Shown in pieces: positions 19,315 through 31,165 of a stretch of DNA of 64,000 nucleotides. The stretch comes from Trypanosoma brucei. Taxonomy: Eukaryota. Positions within the stretch are counted from its first letter, which is position 1; every line of letters begins with the position of its first letter. The notes beneath the pieces are model-generated. The model saw nothing but the letters and a program-made list of their open reading frames with translations. It was not told where the DNA came from and ran no database searches. A program made the position numbers and the translations under genes. The stretch lies in NCBI GenBank assembly GCA_000002445.1, contig CP000071.1:480001-544000 (forward strand), in the 5' to 3' direction.

Positions 19315-21987
19315 ATGTCAACTCCATCTGTGGTCGGTTCAGAGCAGCAACAGGACCGCAACCGAGTTGCGTACGGCATGCGCCGTGAGTGGAAGTTTTC
19401 CCTCACATTTGCTCATCAGGCCGCCCGCATTATTTTGCACTTGTCACCATATTGGGAAAGCACGTTTATTGACCCCCGTGAGCTTGAGCAGCTCAATCGT
19501 TTAGACCGCGACGTAAAGCACTGCCCAATGAGGCCTGCCCTCCGTTACAACGACCTCGGAACCACTCCGACGCGGATGGAGGAGGTGTGGACAGAAAATC
19601 TAAAGAAAGTGACGATTCTTTACTCTCACATCCCACCGGACACGACGCTCGTCGGGTATTGCGTTCGCAGCGTCCAGCACGTGCTTTCCGATCCACAGGT
19701 CGTTGACGTGGATGGGTGCACCGATTTTTCGCGTCTCCAGGTTGGAAACAAGCTTCGTTGTCGGCACAAGTTGGGGGGCCGGCGGAGCTTCCACTTCCGC
19801 TACACAACCTCGTCCAAGACGAAGACGAAGAGCACTGTGTATGTCATCGGCACGATCATCAACCAGCGCGGTTACCTCTGTACAGTGGAGAGTACGGGCG
19901 GCGAAGACTTAGACTCATATGTGAAGAAACACTTTTTACCTCATTACACGGACAAGGATAAGTTTATGATAGATCAAGACCTCGTCTACTCTGATGTTTC
20001 CAGTACTATCCTCAAGGAACAACAGGAGCTCTTCGGTGAGTTACGCTATTCAGACACAGACGCTGCTGTAGCCTTTACAATACCCATGCATCCTATGAGC
20101 ATCCGACCGGATTACTCACCGACGCAAACGGTTGGCGTTGGCTCTATAGCATGTATGACGTTGGAACTCAACGTGTACCAGAGGCCCGTTGAGAGCGATG
20201 AGATCGATATTGCTGGAGTAATAAATTTTAAGGTTAATCAGGCGCTTCTATTCCTCGACGTGGAGGACATGGTACGGATGGGTTACCCGCGCATTATGTC
20301 TACTGAGCAGTACAGTAACATGAAGATAAACCGTCTTCTCGACATTTTCAGCGATGCCAAAGTTGTAGGAACCCCTGGCACGAGTTACTTGGGCGTTCGC
20401 ACGGGCCGTAGCCGCACTTTGACATTTACATATGAACCCTTTAATGCAGTGGTAAAGGTAATGATGACTTCTGCCATCGTTTGTGGCCTCGGGGTGACGG
20501 CAGTGTTTATTACAAAGCTGGGTGGTGGCATCTTCGATGCTCATTTGTATCTCTACCAGCAGCTGCTGAGGGGGATTAAGTTTATGGAGTCTGACATCCC
20601 TCGAGGCTGTCTGAGTCGCTTCAATTCCACGTGTGTGCGTCTTGTTGAGCAGAACATAACCCGTTGTTACGCTGCGGCCCCAGCAGATGGGCGACACACG
20701 ATGGAACAGCACCTGAAGTTGTTGCGGGAGTCCTGCGACACCCGTGTAGAGGGTGGAATATCTGTCAACGTTCCGGTAAAGGAGGGTGGCCTCGGGAAGT
20801 TGCCAGGGGAGGGCCAACGTTGCTCTTCGGCCTCCGATGGCAATTTACGGACTGCGACACCCACCGAGGAGCTGGCCAGTGAGCAGGAGAAGGTTTCTTG
20901 TCATGAGGGCGACGCGACGGAGGATACTCCCACTTCTCCGGTGGGTTCGTCCACTGGGGGCTCACACTCTTCGTTCCATAGCACGCTTTCCATCAGTGTG
21001 ACGGGTATACGGACGAAACAGGAGGTGGTAGGGGGTGATGGTACCCCCACATACGGCAGGTCGCACCCGCAGCGGGCGAGCATTCTTGCGTCAGCGACGC
21101 CGGATGTAACGGATCTTAACGTCGAACCACCTGCAAGCCCTACCGTAACGGTGTTATTGCCGTCACCGCAGCCACCAACTTCGGCAGCTGCAATACCTTC
21201 ACCTGCCCAGGCAGTGGCGGCCGCGTCAGGCTCGCCAAGAACCAGTTCTGAGCAGGTGTCTGGCGGGGCCGATATGAGCCGCCAACTTTCAGTGGCAGTG
21301 CCTCCCTCCAGCAGTGTGGAGAGCAACGTCCGTGTTCCTTCCCCCGCAAGAAGCCCTGCAGATGGTGTAGAGGCAAATGTTGCGGGATCTCCGTCTTCCG
21401 TTGTGTTCCCGCAGATGCCGAAAGATGAGCTTGAAGAAGATCAAGATAGCAAAGTACAGGCGGTGCTCAAGGCGGACGATGCCGACGCATACTTCGGGCT
21501 CTCTATGTACGACGCGTACGTGCACAGTTGTGATATGCTGAAGTGCAAACCAAACAGTTATCTTCTGAAGAAGTTTCCAACGAACCCGCGTTTCTCCAAC
21601 CTTATCCACGAGGTAGACATAAGTTCCAATTACCTTGGACATGGTGGTTTCGTCGCAGTGCTCAACATTCTTCCGAACTTCCCTAATGTACATACGCTTC
21701 ACTTCAATGACATGTCACTTGACAACGAAGATGTTGAGCATCTATGTGAGGTACTGAAAGATAACAAGTCTGTTCGTGAGGTGCATTTGCGGGACAACGA
21801 CAAGATAACCCTCCCCTCCACGCGCTTCTTTTCGCGGTTGCTGAAAGTGAACCCGAACATTGTGACACTGTCACTGGAAGGCACGCGTTTGGGGCCTTCC
21901 GTTATTGGTCGGTTGCAGGAGGACGTAAAGAAAAACGCGGAAAAAAAGGGTGACGCTGAAGCGGCCAGCGTTTCCGACTCAAAGTAG
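19315..21987 (+). CDS. Hypothetical protein with an S/P/A-rich central region and C-terminal RNI-type leucine-rich repeats
   Basis: The ORF is 902 aa from the TTG at 19279; the first ATG is at 19315 (MSTPSVVG…). The C-terminal LRR-like segments read 'ISSNYLGHGGFVAVLNILPNFPNVHTLHFNDMSLDNEDVEHLCEVLKDNKSVREVHLRDN'. Confidence 0.55.
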   Translation: MSTPSVVGSEQQQDRNRVAYGMRREWKFSLTFAHQAARIILHLSPYWESTFIDPRELEQLNRLDRDVKHCPMRPALRYNDLGTTPTRMEEVWTENLKKVTILYSHIPPDTTLVGYCVRSVQHVLSDPQVVDVDGCTDFSRLQVGNKLRCRHKLGGRRSFHFRYTTSSKTKTKSTVYVIGTIINQRGYLCTVESTGGEDLDSYVKKHFLPHYTDKDKFMIDQDLVYSDVSSTILKEQQELFGELRYSDTDAAVAFTIPMHPMSIRPDYSPTQTVGVGSIACMTLELNVYQRPVESDEIDIAGVINFKVNQALLFLDVEDMVRMGYPRIMSTEQYSNMKINRLLDIFSDAKVVGTPGTSYLGVRTGRSRTLTFTYEPFNAVVKVMMTSAIVCGLGVTAVFITKLGGGIFDAHLYLYQQLLRGIKFMESDIPRGCLSRFNSTCVRLVEQNITRCYAAAPADGRHTMEQHLKLLRESCDTRVEGGISVNVPVKEGGLGKLPGEGQRCSSASDGNLRTATPTEELASEQEKVSCHEGDATEDTPTSPVGSSTGGSHSSFHSTLSISVTGIRTKQEVVGGDGTPTYGRSHPQRASILASATPDVTDLNVEPPASPTVTVLLPSPQPPTSAAAIPSPAQAVAAASGSPRTSSEQVSGGADMSRQLSVAVPPSSSVESNVRVPSPARSPADGVEANVAGSPSSVVFPQMPKDELEEDQDSKVQAVLKADDADAYFGLSMYDAYVHSCDMLKCKPNSYLLKKFPTNPRFSNLIHEVDISSNYLGHGGFVAVLNILPNFPNVHTLHFNDMSLDNEDVEHLCEVLKDNKSVREVHLRDNDKITLPSTRFFSRLLKVNPNIVTLSLEGTRLGPSVIGRLQEDVKKNAEKKGDAEAASVSDSK

Positions 21988-23215
21988 GGACGTCCCAACT
22001 TCTTTTTGCCTTTGGAAGTTAGAGTGTACATTTTGTTTTGTTTCCCGTCCGTTTTGTTTATTTAACTTTCCCTCAGCGTCACTTGCGCTTGTGCCTTCAT
22101 TACTTCCTCGTTTTATGCGCGAGGAGGCACCCAAGGAAACGTGGAAAGGCAACTGCGTGTTGTGTAGGGGTTTCTGAGATGTAAATAGCCTATTTTGCGT
22201 GCTGGGGTGCTGTGTCTTTGATTGTGTGTTACTTGCCTTTATTGCCGGCGGTGGCACAAAGGGGCACATGATTTGTGTTATAAGCCTAGCAGAGGGCTTT
22301 TATGTTTGCCCTCTTTTCACACAGCTGTTATTGTACATATCGCTTTTCCTCTCCAACTATCGTTGCGCACTGCCGCCGTTTTTTGACGATAGATGTGAGG
22401 TCGCTCTTTTTTTTTTTCTGCACACCTGCCTCACTACACATATATATATATATATATATATATATGTGCGGGCAATCATAAAAGGCAGCTAGGCAGATCT
22501 CTTCACGCTGTATTGTTCTGGTGTTTTCCCTGAAGTGAATGAGTGTGGAGGTGCGAATACGAATTTTTATGTGGGAAGGGATTGTGTCTTGAGTGTGCCG
22601 CTTGTCACTCTCTACTTCGTACTACCTTGCCTTCATAACAGGGCCCTTCTTCTTATTCCCCACAGCAGTAGCTCAGGGTTTTTCTTTTTTCCGCCTGGTT
22701 GATGTGTTTTGGGTGTGCTTGCCCTCTGCGACGGGAGGTGGGACAGTGGCTTTGTTTTCTGTGGTAATGTTGCCAGACGTTGGCATATTCCCACGCATTA
22801 CGTTTACCTCTTGGCCTTTGTGTGTATCCCCGTCTCGTCTTATTGTTCCATACTCCTGCCTTTGTCGCTGCCACTGCTGACGTGCCCTGCTGTTGCTATT
22901 GCTCCCCTTTTCATTTTATTTTTCCCCTTTCGGTTATACTTAGTTCACTTCACATAATTGTGATTGTGATTGCAATTGTGTTTTTAACAACAATCACAAA
23001 GCATAAGCGAGGTGTGAAAGGGAATTCGGCTCTAGAAAACGAACTGAGGGGGGAAAGTAGAGAAGAGATAGTGGGTGACTGAGGGAAGGTAAGAGTCAGC
23101 GGAGTTAAGTGAAACGCACCATTATCATTGCCGTCCTCTTAAACATTTAAGTTGACTTAGGGGACAAAGTACGTCAGCCAGAAACTTTTCCTGCCTTTGC
23201 CGCGCTTGTTAAGGT

Positions 23216-25552
23216 ATGTCGGCCACTTATCCAGAGCGGCGGCCATACGCCACCACAGTACCGCATAGTGGTTATCTTTCCAAGCCTACGCTGCCGCCCG
23301 TCGAGGCACTTCGTATCCTCAGCAGCACTGTTGGCATTGACCTGCCGCGTAGCGTTCGCCACAGTGCGAACACTCTCCTGCGGCGCTCCCCGACACCAAG
23401 AAGTGTATCACCGACTCGCGGTGTGCAACTCTTTAAGCCGCCTACGCTTGAGACCGCCACACCTTTCGAGTTCCAGGAGAAGGACTACCACAAGTCTCAG
23501 CAATCTGTGCTTAACGTGCAGCTAAGCAACGCGGTAGAGGAACTCTTCAAGGTGTGGCGTGTGAAGGTGAGGGATTTAATGCACTATCTCGATTCCTTTC
23601 CGTGTGAAGCAGGCCACTCATTTTCACGAACAAACGGCGCACTGAGCTCCTTCTTTGAAGGCTACCGCACCACTGACATCACTCCGATGACGGCCCATCA
23701 GCTTGTGAACGACTTTAAGCTTTGTACCTCGGTATCGATGCTTGACGAAATTCAGAACAGCCCCGAAGTCTTGGGAGATCAGGTTCGTGCTGCGCTCGAT
23801 GCGCTGCTGAATGCAAAGCATTTCCTCGCGCCACTTGAGAACTTTGTGGACCGGCTGGAGCCCATAGCAGCGTTCGCGCTGCCCGACAAGCGACCAGAGT
23901 GCTTAGACGGCACCCGCGGCCCGGTATGGCCAAGCAAGGTGGCCGTTGCCCTTCACGAGAAGTTTCACTACGACCCCTCAGAGTATGTTCTTGCTGAGCT
24001 CCGGAAGAGTGACCAACCGATAGAACGGCTGGAAAACCGCGTGCTGCAGGTGAAGGAAAGGAAGGAGGATGCAATCGATCGTGAGATACCGGGAGATGCA
24101 CTCAACTACCTCACTACGCAGGTGGACCTCAGTAATGACCTCCTCTTGATGAATAAAGCCCGTATGGAGTTGGTGTATCTACACGGCAAGGACATACAGG
24201 AGATGAAGAGGATGCTGGAAGATCTCATTGTGGATGCGCGACACAGCGTAGAGTTATTGAAGGGGCGTGTGGAGCGTGACATGCCGTTGGTAAAGAAGGA
24301 CATCGACGGTGTTTATCAGGATGTAGAGAATACTCAGAAGCACATTAAGGACTTAGATCAAAAGAACGCTGAGGCAAACAAAGCCGCCCACGAGGCGTAC
24401 TCAAAGCTGAACGACACAGAGGTTGAGCTGTGGGTCCTGTTAACAGACACGATACGCAAGTTGGTAGACATTGCTGGTGAGAAGGAAGCATTTGTCCGCA
24501 ACGAAATGCGCCTCCGTGAGCTCCGAGGTCGAGATATGGCAATTGCCGAGGAGCTACTCGCCGCACAGCAAAGCTACTTTTCTCGCCTTCGCAAGAGTGA
24601 GGACGTACTTAAGAGGTGGGAGAACGCAGCGGAGACGTATGAAGCCTACGTGCAGGCGTACGTGCCAACTCTGTTGAAGAAGATCCACGACGCTGAGGAG
24701 GCCGACAAGGATTTGTACAATCGTGAGGCACAAAACTATGTCCGACGGTACGAGATGTTCGAGTACGCCGTGGAAGAGGGCCGCGCGACCCGCAGCGTTC
24801 ATGTGGATCGTCTACAGACATTACAGCGGTCGAAATTGTTGGATGTGGAGCGGGCATTGTCGACCCTCGACCCCTTCGCAGACAAGTACCGAAAGGAGCT
24901 TGATGAGGCTCAAGCGCAGCTGGACGAAGGTTTGGCATTCATCCAGCTTGTCGAAAACCTTGCCAAGGAGCGTCGCGGGGAGGTGGAACCGATTCTGCAG
25001 CACGTCATCTCGTATAACCGCACACTGCAGACCAAAACATTGGAGATTGAAGCCGAGGCTGAAGCACAGGCGCTGCTGCTGCGTGATGGACCTGCAACGG
25101 AGGGCGCTCCATCCACGATGAACACTGTGGACGCCAAGGTGGACACAAGCCTTCTGCAGAGCGCACGTGGAAGCAGCGGCAAGCGTCCCGCAACGGCAGC
25201 AGTTTCCGAAGTAACGCACTTCTGCGATGCCCCACCAACGTCGGCTGCACTAAGACTGCGCAGTGTTGTTGATGCCAATAACATGATGTGCACCGTTTCG
25301 CACCCGCATGTCATGGCGCGCACTGTTGGAATTAATCATGAGGAGGCCTTCCTCGAGAAGTACCGTCGCTTCACAGATGAGGAACAGGTGGCTGTGGAGG
25401 GCGTGGCCGGTCGTGTTCGGCAGTCAAACACCAGTTTGGAGATGCTCGGTGAGAAGTACAACAATAAGGATTACATCCGAATGTTGCTTCTGAGCCCAGG
25501 GGCGAAACAAAGCAACAGCGCAACCGAGGCTGCTGTAGAGGAGTGCGCATAA
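23216..25552 (+). CDS. Hypothetical coiled-coil protein (778 aa)
   Basis: The ORF starts at an ATG. The composition is E/K/R/L/Q-rich with heptad-like periodicity through the middle and C-terminal parts. I recognise no catalytic motif. Confidence 0.55.
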   Translation: MSATYPERRPYATTVPHSGYLSKPTLPPVEALRILSSTVGIDLPRSVRHSANTLLRRSPTPRSVSPTRGVQLFKPPTLETATPFEFQEKDYHKSQQSVLNVQLSNAVEELFKVWRVKVRDLMHYLDSFPCEAGHSFSRTNGALSSFFEGYRTTDITPMTAHQLVNDFKLCTSVSMLDEIQNSPEVLGDQVRAALDALLNAKHFLAPLENFVDRLEPIAAFALPDKRPECLDGTRGPVWPSKVAVALHEKFHYDPSEYVLAELRKSDQPIERLENRVLQVKERKEDAIDREIPGDALNYLTTQVDLSNDLLLMNKARMELVYLHGKDIQEMKRMLEDLIVDARHSVELLKGRVERDMPLVKKDIDGVYQDVENTQKHIKDLDQKNAEANKAAHEAYSKLNDTEVELWVLLTDTIRKLVDIAGEKEAFVRNEMRLRELRGRDMAIAEELLAAQQSYFSRLRKSEDVLKRWENAAETYEAYVQAYVPTLLKKIHDAEEADKDLYNREAQNYVRRYEMFEYAVEEGRATRSVHVDRLQTLQRSKLLDVERALSTLDPFADKYRKELDEAQAQLDEGLAFIQLVENLAKERRGEVEPILQHVISYNRTLQTKTLEIEAEAEAQALLLRDGPATEGAPSTMNTVDAKVDTSLLQSARGSSGKRPATAAVSEVTHFCDAPPTSAALRLRSVVDANNMMCTVSHPHVMARTVGINHEEAFLEKYRRFTDEEQVAVEGVAGRVRQSNTSLEMLGEKYNNKDYIRMLLLSPGAKQSNSATEAAVEECA

Positions 25553-26487
25553 AAAGAAGAAACTCGGTAAGGTTTATATGTTTCTTCCACAGGAGTATTT
25601 CCTTCCATTCCCCTTCCTTTTTTTTTTTTTTACCAAAGTATGCACTTGTTGGTGTTGAAGCACTGGAAGAAGAATAAAAAAAAACCAGAGGCAAGAAAGC
25701 AAGAATATGGGGACCAGAATGGTATTATGAAGCTGTGACTGTGCTATTTGACTTGAGCTCTCTTTTCCTCTTGTCCTTTTGTTATCCAGTTCGCCCTCGT
25801 CTCCCATTTTATTTCATGCGGTTGTGATTATGTTTTAGCTTTATTCTTTGCAAAGCGTTTCCTACTTTTATGTTATTTGTCTCATCTTTAGATATGATTT
25901 ACATATTTCCCTCTCTTACTTTTTCTGCCTCTTTTTTTTTTCCTTCCTTCGCCCTTCAGTTCATCTTCTCATTCTCCTGATTCTTTTCGAACTTCCTCCG
26001 ATGGCCACCGTACGACTGGAGTGCTGCTTTTTAGCATGATTGTTCTTCTTCTTGTTTTTTTTCTTTATTTGTTTATTTGTTGCCGCTCTGCCAATGGTTC
26101 GGGAGGAGTGAAGCAAAGCAATGAAAGTTAATCATTAGACGCAACGGGCTAAAAAAAAAAAAGAGAGAAAGAGAGGGGGGGGGGAAAAAAAAAAGAAGGA
26201 ATAATTAAAGATTTACGCCAGGCAAATGAAATGAGGTGCAAAGAGGGATGAGGAGGAACACGGGGGAGTTGTGAGGAAAATTGAAGAGAGGCATTTGAGA
26301 ATATGTTGAGTTGATGTTGCACTGAGGTAACACAACAAAACAGCGTCAGAAATAAAAAGAAAGATGTTAAATGCATGAAAGAAGGTGAGAAGTGTGGAGA
26401 GTTGTGAGAACAGAAGCAAAGGTATATGAGGAAGAGAGATAACGAGAGGAAGGAAAGAACAAAAAGACTGTTGAGTACGTTACAGGC

Positions 26488-26521
<34 letters not shown>

Positions 26522-27585
26522 CTGTGTTTAATTGTGTCTGTAAGGGGAAAATGTATTTCCCTCTCGCCAACTGTGCCACAGTGAGTTCAAATATTTTAAA
26601 AAGAAAGTGAAGGAGGTTACGGAAATAAACCCCTTTCCTCATTTTCTTAATTTTTATCATTTTTGTTGTCATTATTCTCAGTGCGTGTGCTTTGAGCGCT
26701 CGCCAGCTAGAAACGTGGCTGTGCTTCACTTTTCTATTCATCTGTCTTTTTTTTTCTTTTTTCCCTCTCTTACCTCCTTCTCTCTGCTTCAATTTTCGTT
26801 TCCCTCCTCCTTTAACTCCCCAGTATCTGAAAAAGAAGGGAGTGAAAGGGGGAGATAGAGTTGACCCAACACTGCAGAGCAACCAGAGAAAAGAAAAAAG
26901 ATTAAAAAAAACAGTTTCTTTCTTTTTGGTCCCTTATACATATATATATGTGTGTGTGTGTGCGTGTGTGCATGTGTGTGTTTAATTGTGTTTGTATGTC
27001 TTTCTCTTTTAGAGAGAAAGAGGGGGCATGTAGGGAGAAGGAAGAGAGAGAGAGAAAGAGGAAGAAACAAGATGAAGACAAAGTAGATTGTTAAGGAGGT
27101 CAGGGACGCGCCTCCTTTTTTTTTTTTAAAAAAAAGATAATCAAAGAAGAGAAACGTTTCTTCCGTTTCTAACCACGCGCGCATATGCCTGTCCGTATGC
27201 AAGCGTGCCTCCGTAACGTGTATTTGACCCAAAAGCAAGAAGAAAAGATAAAGGGAGACGAGGAGGGCTGAGATGACGGAGTACAAGTAGAAAATAAGTA
27301 TGTTTGTGTGTTTGTATGTTTGAGGAAGAGGGGCTTGGAGCGCTTCTTATTTCATTTTTCAATGTATTTGTGACGATGTACAAAATCAGTTCTCACGTTT
27401 GCGTGCATGTATTCGTATACGTCTTCGTCTGTTTGTTCGTTTGTGCCTTAACTAGGGAGCGGGTGCGTTCATGTACATACCACATTATCTATATCTATAT
27501 ATGCATACACGCATACATCTACACATATACGCACACAAACGTATATGCATGTACATATACATATGCGTGCGTGCGTCTCTCTGTG

Positions 27586-27632
27586 TGTGTGTGTGTGTAT
27601 GTGTATGTATGTATGTATGTATGTTAACGCAG
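27586..27632. repeat. (TG)n/(TATG)n compound microsatellite in a long intergenic region
   Basis: 'gtgtgtgtgtgtgtgtatgtgtatgtatgtatgtatgtatg' read directly. Confidence 0.85.
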
Positions 27633-28256
27633 ATTCCCCAATCCATTGTGCTTTACTCTGTAACGCTTATTAGAAGCAGTGAGAAATAAGGAGAGTCTGT
27701 GAGGGATGTTTATGCGCGTGGAAGGGGGGAACGCGATGCCGATTCATCCCATTTTTCGCCAAATCTGCTTGTGATCGCTGTTCATCTTTTCCATTGACTC
27801 TTTATGCTTCCTCCCCTTATTTATCCTTTGTTCTCCATTTTTTTGTTTCTATTTTCATCAAGTTCACATCGAATCTAGAATTGAGGAAGCGGCCAGGATT
27901 TCCTGATCCACAACCCCAACCTCAACCCCCTTTCTCTTCTTTTTTTTTTCCTTGACGTGTTCGCGTACTTTTCCCTGCGGAACTGGAGCTGATCAGGTTT
28001 CGGAGCCTCAACGGGTTAAGGTGAAGTACGGGCGCGGACGACACAGAGAAAAGGTGGGAGGGTGCAGCAACGCCCTCCGGCACTTTGCGTTATAATAATT
28101 ATTTGTGCAGTTTGCATTCGTTAGACACCGCAGTTTTGAATTTCTTTGGGGTAGTCAATATTTTTATACGGGATCAAAAGGGTGGGGGCAAAAAGCGCGC
28201 TCGCGTGATCTTTCCAACCGCGGGTTTGAAGTTCTATCATTTAGTACAGTGCTGTA

Positions 28257-30107
28257 ATGGAGTTTGAGCAGCTGGAGATTGGCAAGAAGTCGATTACCAA
28301 CGCCATCGCGCGGCAGGAGGTTACAGACTATTATGACTTGCTGCACCCCAACGTCCTGCTCGTTTCCCACTTCCGCTACCCTCCTCTGTCGCCCGTTATT
28401 GCCGATACCATCCCCGCATTAGACCGTGTGTTGCGCAAGGAAAACAAAAACCTGTCAGGCGTGACTAAGGGCCATAACCCGTGGAAGGTGCCCGAGTTCC
28501 TGCAAACCGGCGCGGTCACAAAATCAGCACCTGTGGCAGCTCCAGCAGTTACAGCCACATCACCGACTACCACGTCAACGACAGTAACTACCCGAGCGAA
28601 TTCACCACACTTAGCAGGAACACCCACGAGAGCGTCGATTGTGCCTAAAGCGCCTGGGGGAAGGCCTGTTGCCCGTGGGTTTGCGGCTCGGAAGAGGAGG
28701 GGTACTTCCACGAATGGAAGATCCACTGCTACGGGTGATAGATCCACTTCTGCTGCCACACGGGAAAGGCGTGAGGATCCCAACAAAAAGAAGCAGCGGC
28801 AGTCCACCATTACGGGGCCATATGAGGCCGATATTGTCGAAGGCCCGCTCCTTGTTACGGCACGCTTTTACGCTATATTGCAATGGATGAATCAAGGTGC
28901 CCATATTGCAGATACGGTCTTTGATATGGAGGCACGAAAGGTTGTGCTACAGGAATCGGATGTCGTTTTACAGCTTCCAGCTCCGAAGACTGAGGCGGAG
29001 TGGTATGCGCAGCTTGGGCGGCAGCATACAGACCGTAACCAGCGGCTTAGCAGACTTACTGTAACTTATGGCCGCGATTTGTTACTGTTTCGTGACGAGT
29101 GCTACTTCGAGGATGGGTTCATTGTCACGATACACCGCTTTATGTTGACACAGCAGGAGATGCTCGACCTATCGTCCCTTGTTGAATACCACCAACAGGC
29201 GGAAATTAACCGTCGCATTGAGGCGATGAAAGTGGAGCGTGACAACTTCTACGCTGCTGAACAGAGGCGTGTGAACGCATTTCGTAGGTCAGTGGAACCG
29301 TTGCTTGACTTTACCTTCTGTGATGTGAGTGACCCCATTTTGCTTCTTTCTGTGGAGCCCGTTGCAGGGAAGCGTCATATCTGTAAGGATGTGCGGCCCA
29401 AAAATGTTACCGCACTGCCGCCGATGGGTTACGGAGCCCAGCAGAATGACGCACAACGCGGAAAAGATCAGCGCATTGTCGTGAAGGCACGCAACAAGGC
29501 TGGCGACGAGGAGGTGTATGAGTTCGTTGATAATTCCAAACCTCGCTACGACTTTCTCTACGACCCTAAGACCAATGCAGAGAGCACCTTGCAGAATCTT
29601 GCAGACAAGATGAAGTCGATGTTTTGCACCTCTAGTGTGCGTATCAGTAGCTGTGGCATGAGGTCAACAGATCAATTGGTGCCAGTCCTCCGGCGCCTTG
29701 TGGCAAATGCCATTATGACGATACGTGCGCTGGATCTAAGCGACAACGAGATCAGCACACTGCCGGACTTGTCGCTTCTTCCACTGCAGCGTCTACTGCT
29801 TCACAAAAACAAAATATCCGACTGGATGGAGGTAGAGAATCGCGTGTGTGTGCTTCCGCTGCTGGAGGTGGTGACACTGCACGGCAATCCCATTTCCGAA
29901 AGCAACGAGCAGTACCGGCAGGAGCTGCTGGCGAGGCTCTTACGGCACCCAAGGCGTGCAGCGCGTGTGCGACAAGTAGACTTCGTGACTCTGACAGCGC
30001 AGGACCTTAACATTGCAGGGACGTTTGAAATGTTCACCACAGGGAACACAAGTGTTTTGGAGAAGGCGCGGAAGTTCAATGTTTCTGACGTTAGGAAAAA
30101 AATATAG
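28257..30107 (+). CDS. Hypothetical protein with a basic/T-rich low-complexity region and C-terminal leucine-rich repeats (SDS22/LRRC-like)
   Basis: The ORF starts at an ATG. 'LDLSDNEISTLPDLSLLPLQRLLLHKNKISDWMEVENRVCVLPLLEVVTLHGNPI' fits the LRR consensus LxxLxLxxNxI. Confidence 0.55.
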   Translation: MEFEQLEIGKKSITNAIARQEVTDYYDLLHPNVLLVSHFRYPPLSPVIADTIPALDRVLRKENKNLSGVTKGHNPWKVPEFLQTGAVTKSAPVAAPAVTATSPTTTSTTVTTRANSPHLAGTPTRASIVPKAPGGRPVARGFAARKRRGTSTNGRSTATGDRSTSAATRERREDPNKKKQRQSTITGPYEADIVEGPLLVTARFYAILQWMNQGAHIADTVFDMEARKVVLQESDVVLQLPAPKTEAEWYAQLGRQHTDRNQRLSRLTVTYGRDLLLFRDECYFEDGFIVTIHRFMLTQQEMLDLSSLVEYHQQAEINRRIEAMKVERDNFYAAEQRRVNAFRRSVEPLLDFTFCDVSDPILLLSVEPVAGKRHICKDVRPKNVTALPPMGYGAQQNDAQRGKDQRIVVKARNKAGDEEVYEFVDNSKPRYDFLYDPKTNAESTLQNLADKMKSMFCTSSVRISSCGMRSTDQLVPVLRRLVANAIMTIRALDLSDNEISTLPDLSLLPLQRLLLHKNKISDWMEVENRVCVLPLLEVVTLHGNPISESNEQYRQELLARLLRHPRRAARVRQVDFVTLTAQDLNIAGTFEMFTTGNTSVLEKARKFNVSDVRKKI

Positions 30108-31165
30108 GGCTGCTTAGTTACGTACACGGTGTGTGCGTGTGCATGTTTCTGGGTGGCTACACCTACATATGTTTATATGCGTTTGTACACCATCTTGTCG
30201 CATTAGACTAGTGTTAATTTCTCTCGTTTCTTCCTCATTTTTTATCTCTTTAAAACATTCCGTTTGTGCGCGCCTTCCCTTTTCGCTATGCGCGTTTTTT
30301 TTTTTTGGTGGGTTGTCGTCGCAATGGTTGGTTTGTATAGTGCTGAATGGCCCATGTAAAGTTCTTCACTAAAGGAGGAAATGGACGGGGTGATGTAAAG
30401 GGATGTGGGGAGCGAATGGGGACTTCCCACTATCGTCCCGTTTCTTCCCGTCGTACAGGTGAACACTGTTAACTTCACCAAGTTAAAAGAACAAAGCAAC
30501 GAAAATGTTCAACTCTGTATTCTAAGGGCGTGCTGCCGGTAGGTGGCTAGTGCCTTGTTCTTATTGCTGTGCCGCGTCTTGGCAAACATCAATTTCTGAT
30601 TTTTCCCCCTTTTCATTTTCTCGTTGTTGCTGTTTTAATGTGCTGCATTTACGCTTGACAACCTCCCGCCTTGCGCTGATACGTTGTCCCGACCCGCAGA
30701 GAAACAGGAGGCGTTCGTGTACGGAGTTTGGAAGAGGTTTTATAAGGGGAACAATAAAGGAAAGAAGCAAAAAGTGTAATAGAAAGGAAGAGTTAGCTTA
30801 TCTGGTGGTTTTGTAATCATTTACTTGGTAAATAGGAGAGGCATAAATATCTTACTCTGTAGGATTGTGAGGGTGCGTAGAAGCTCCACCGGTTAGTCGC
30901 AGGGAGCCTGTCTGCACACGTATACATTTAAAAAAAGAACATATATATATATATATATACAAGCAAATACGCAAGCAGTCAACGGAGTGCAGTGTTTGCG
31001 AGGTACGTCAGCATCGTTACGTTTTATTCGCTGCTAGTGGCAGTTCTTTTGTTTTTCCAGCGGTACGGGACGCAGGAAGGACTTGTAGTTTCTTTTCAAT
31101 CTGGATAAGGGTTCAGGAGCTCACAGCAGTAACTGTAACTGCAGGATCAGCGTTAGTAAAGCAGA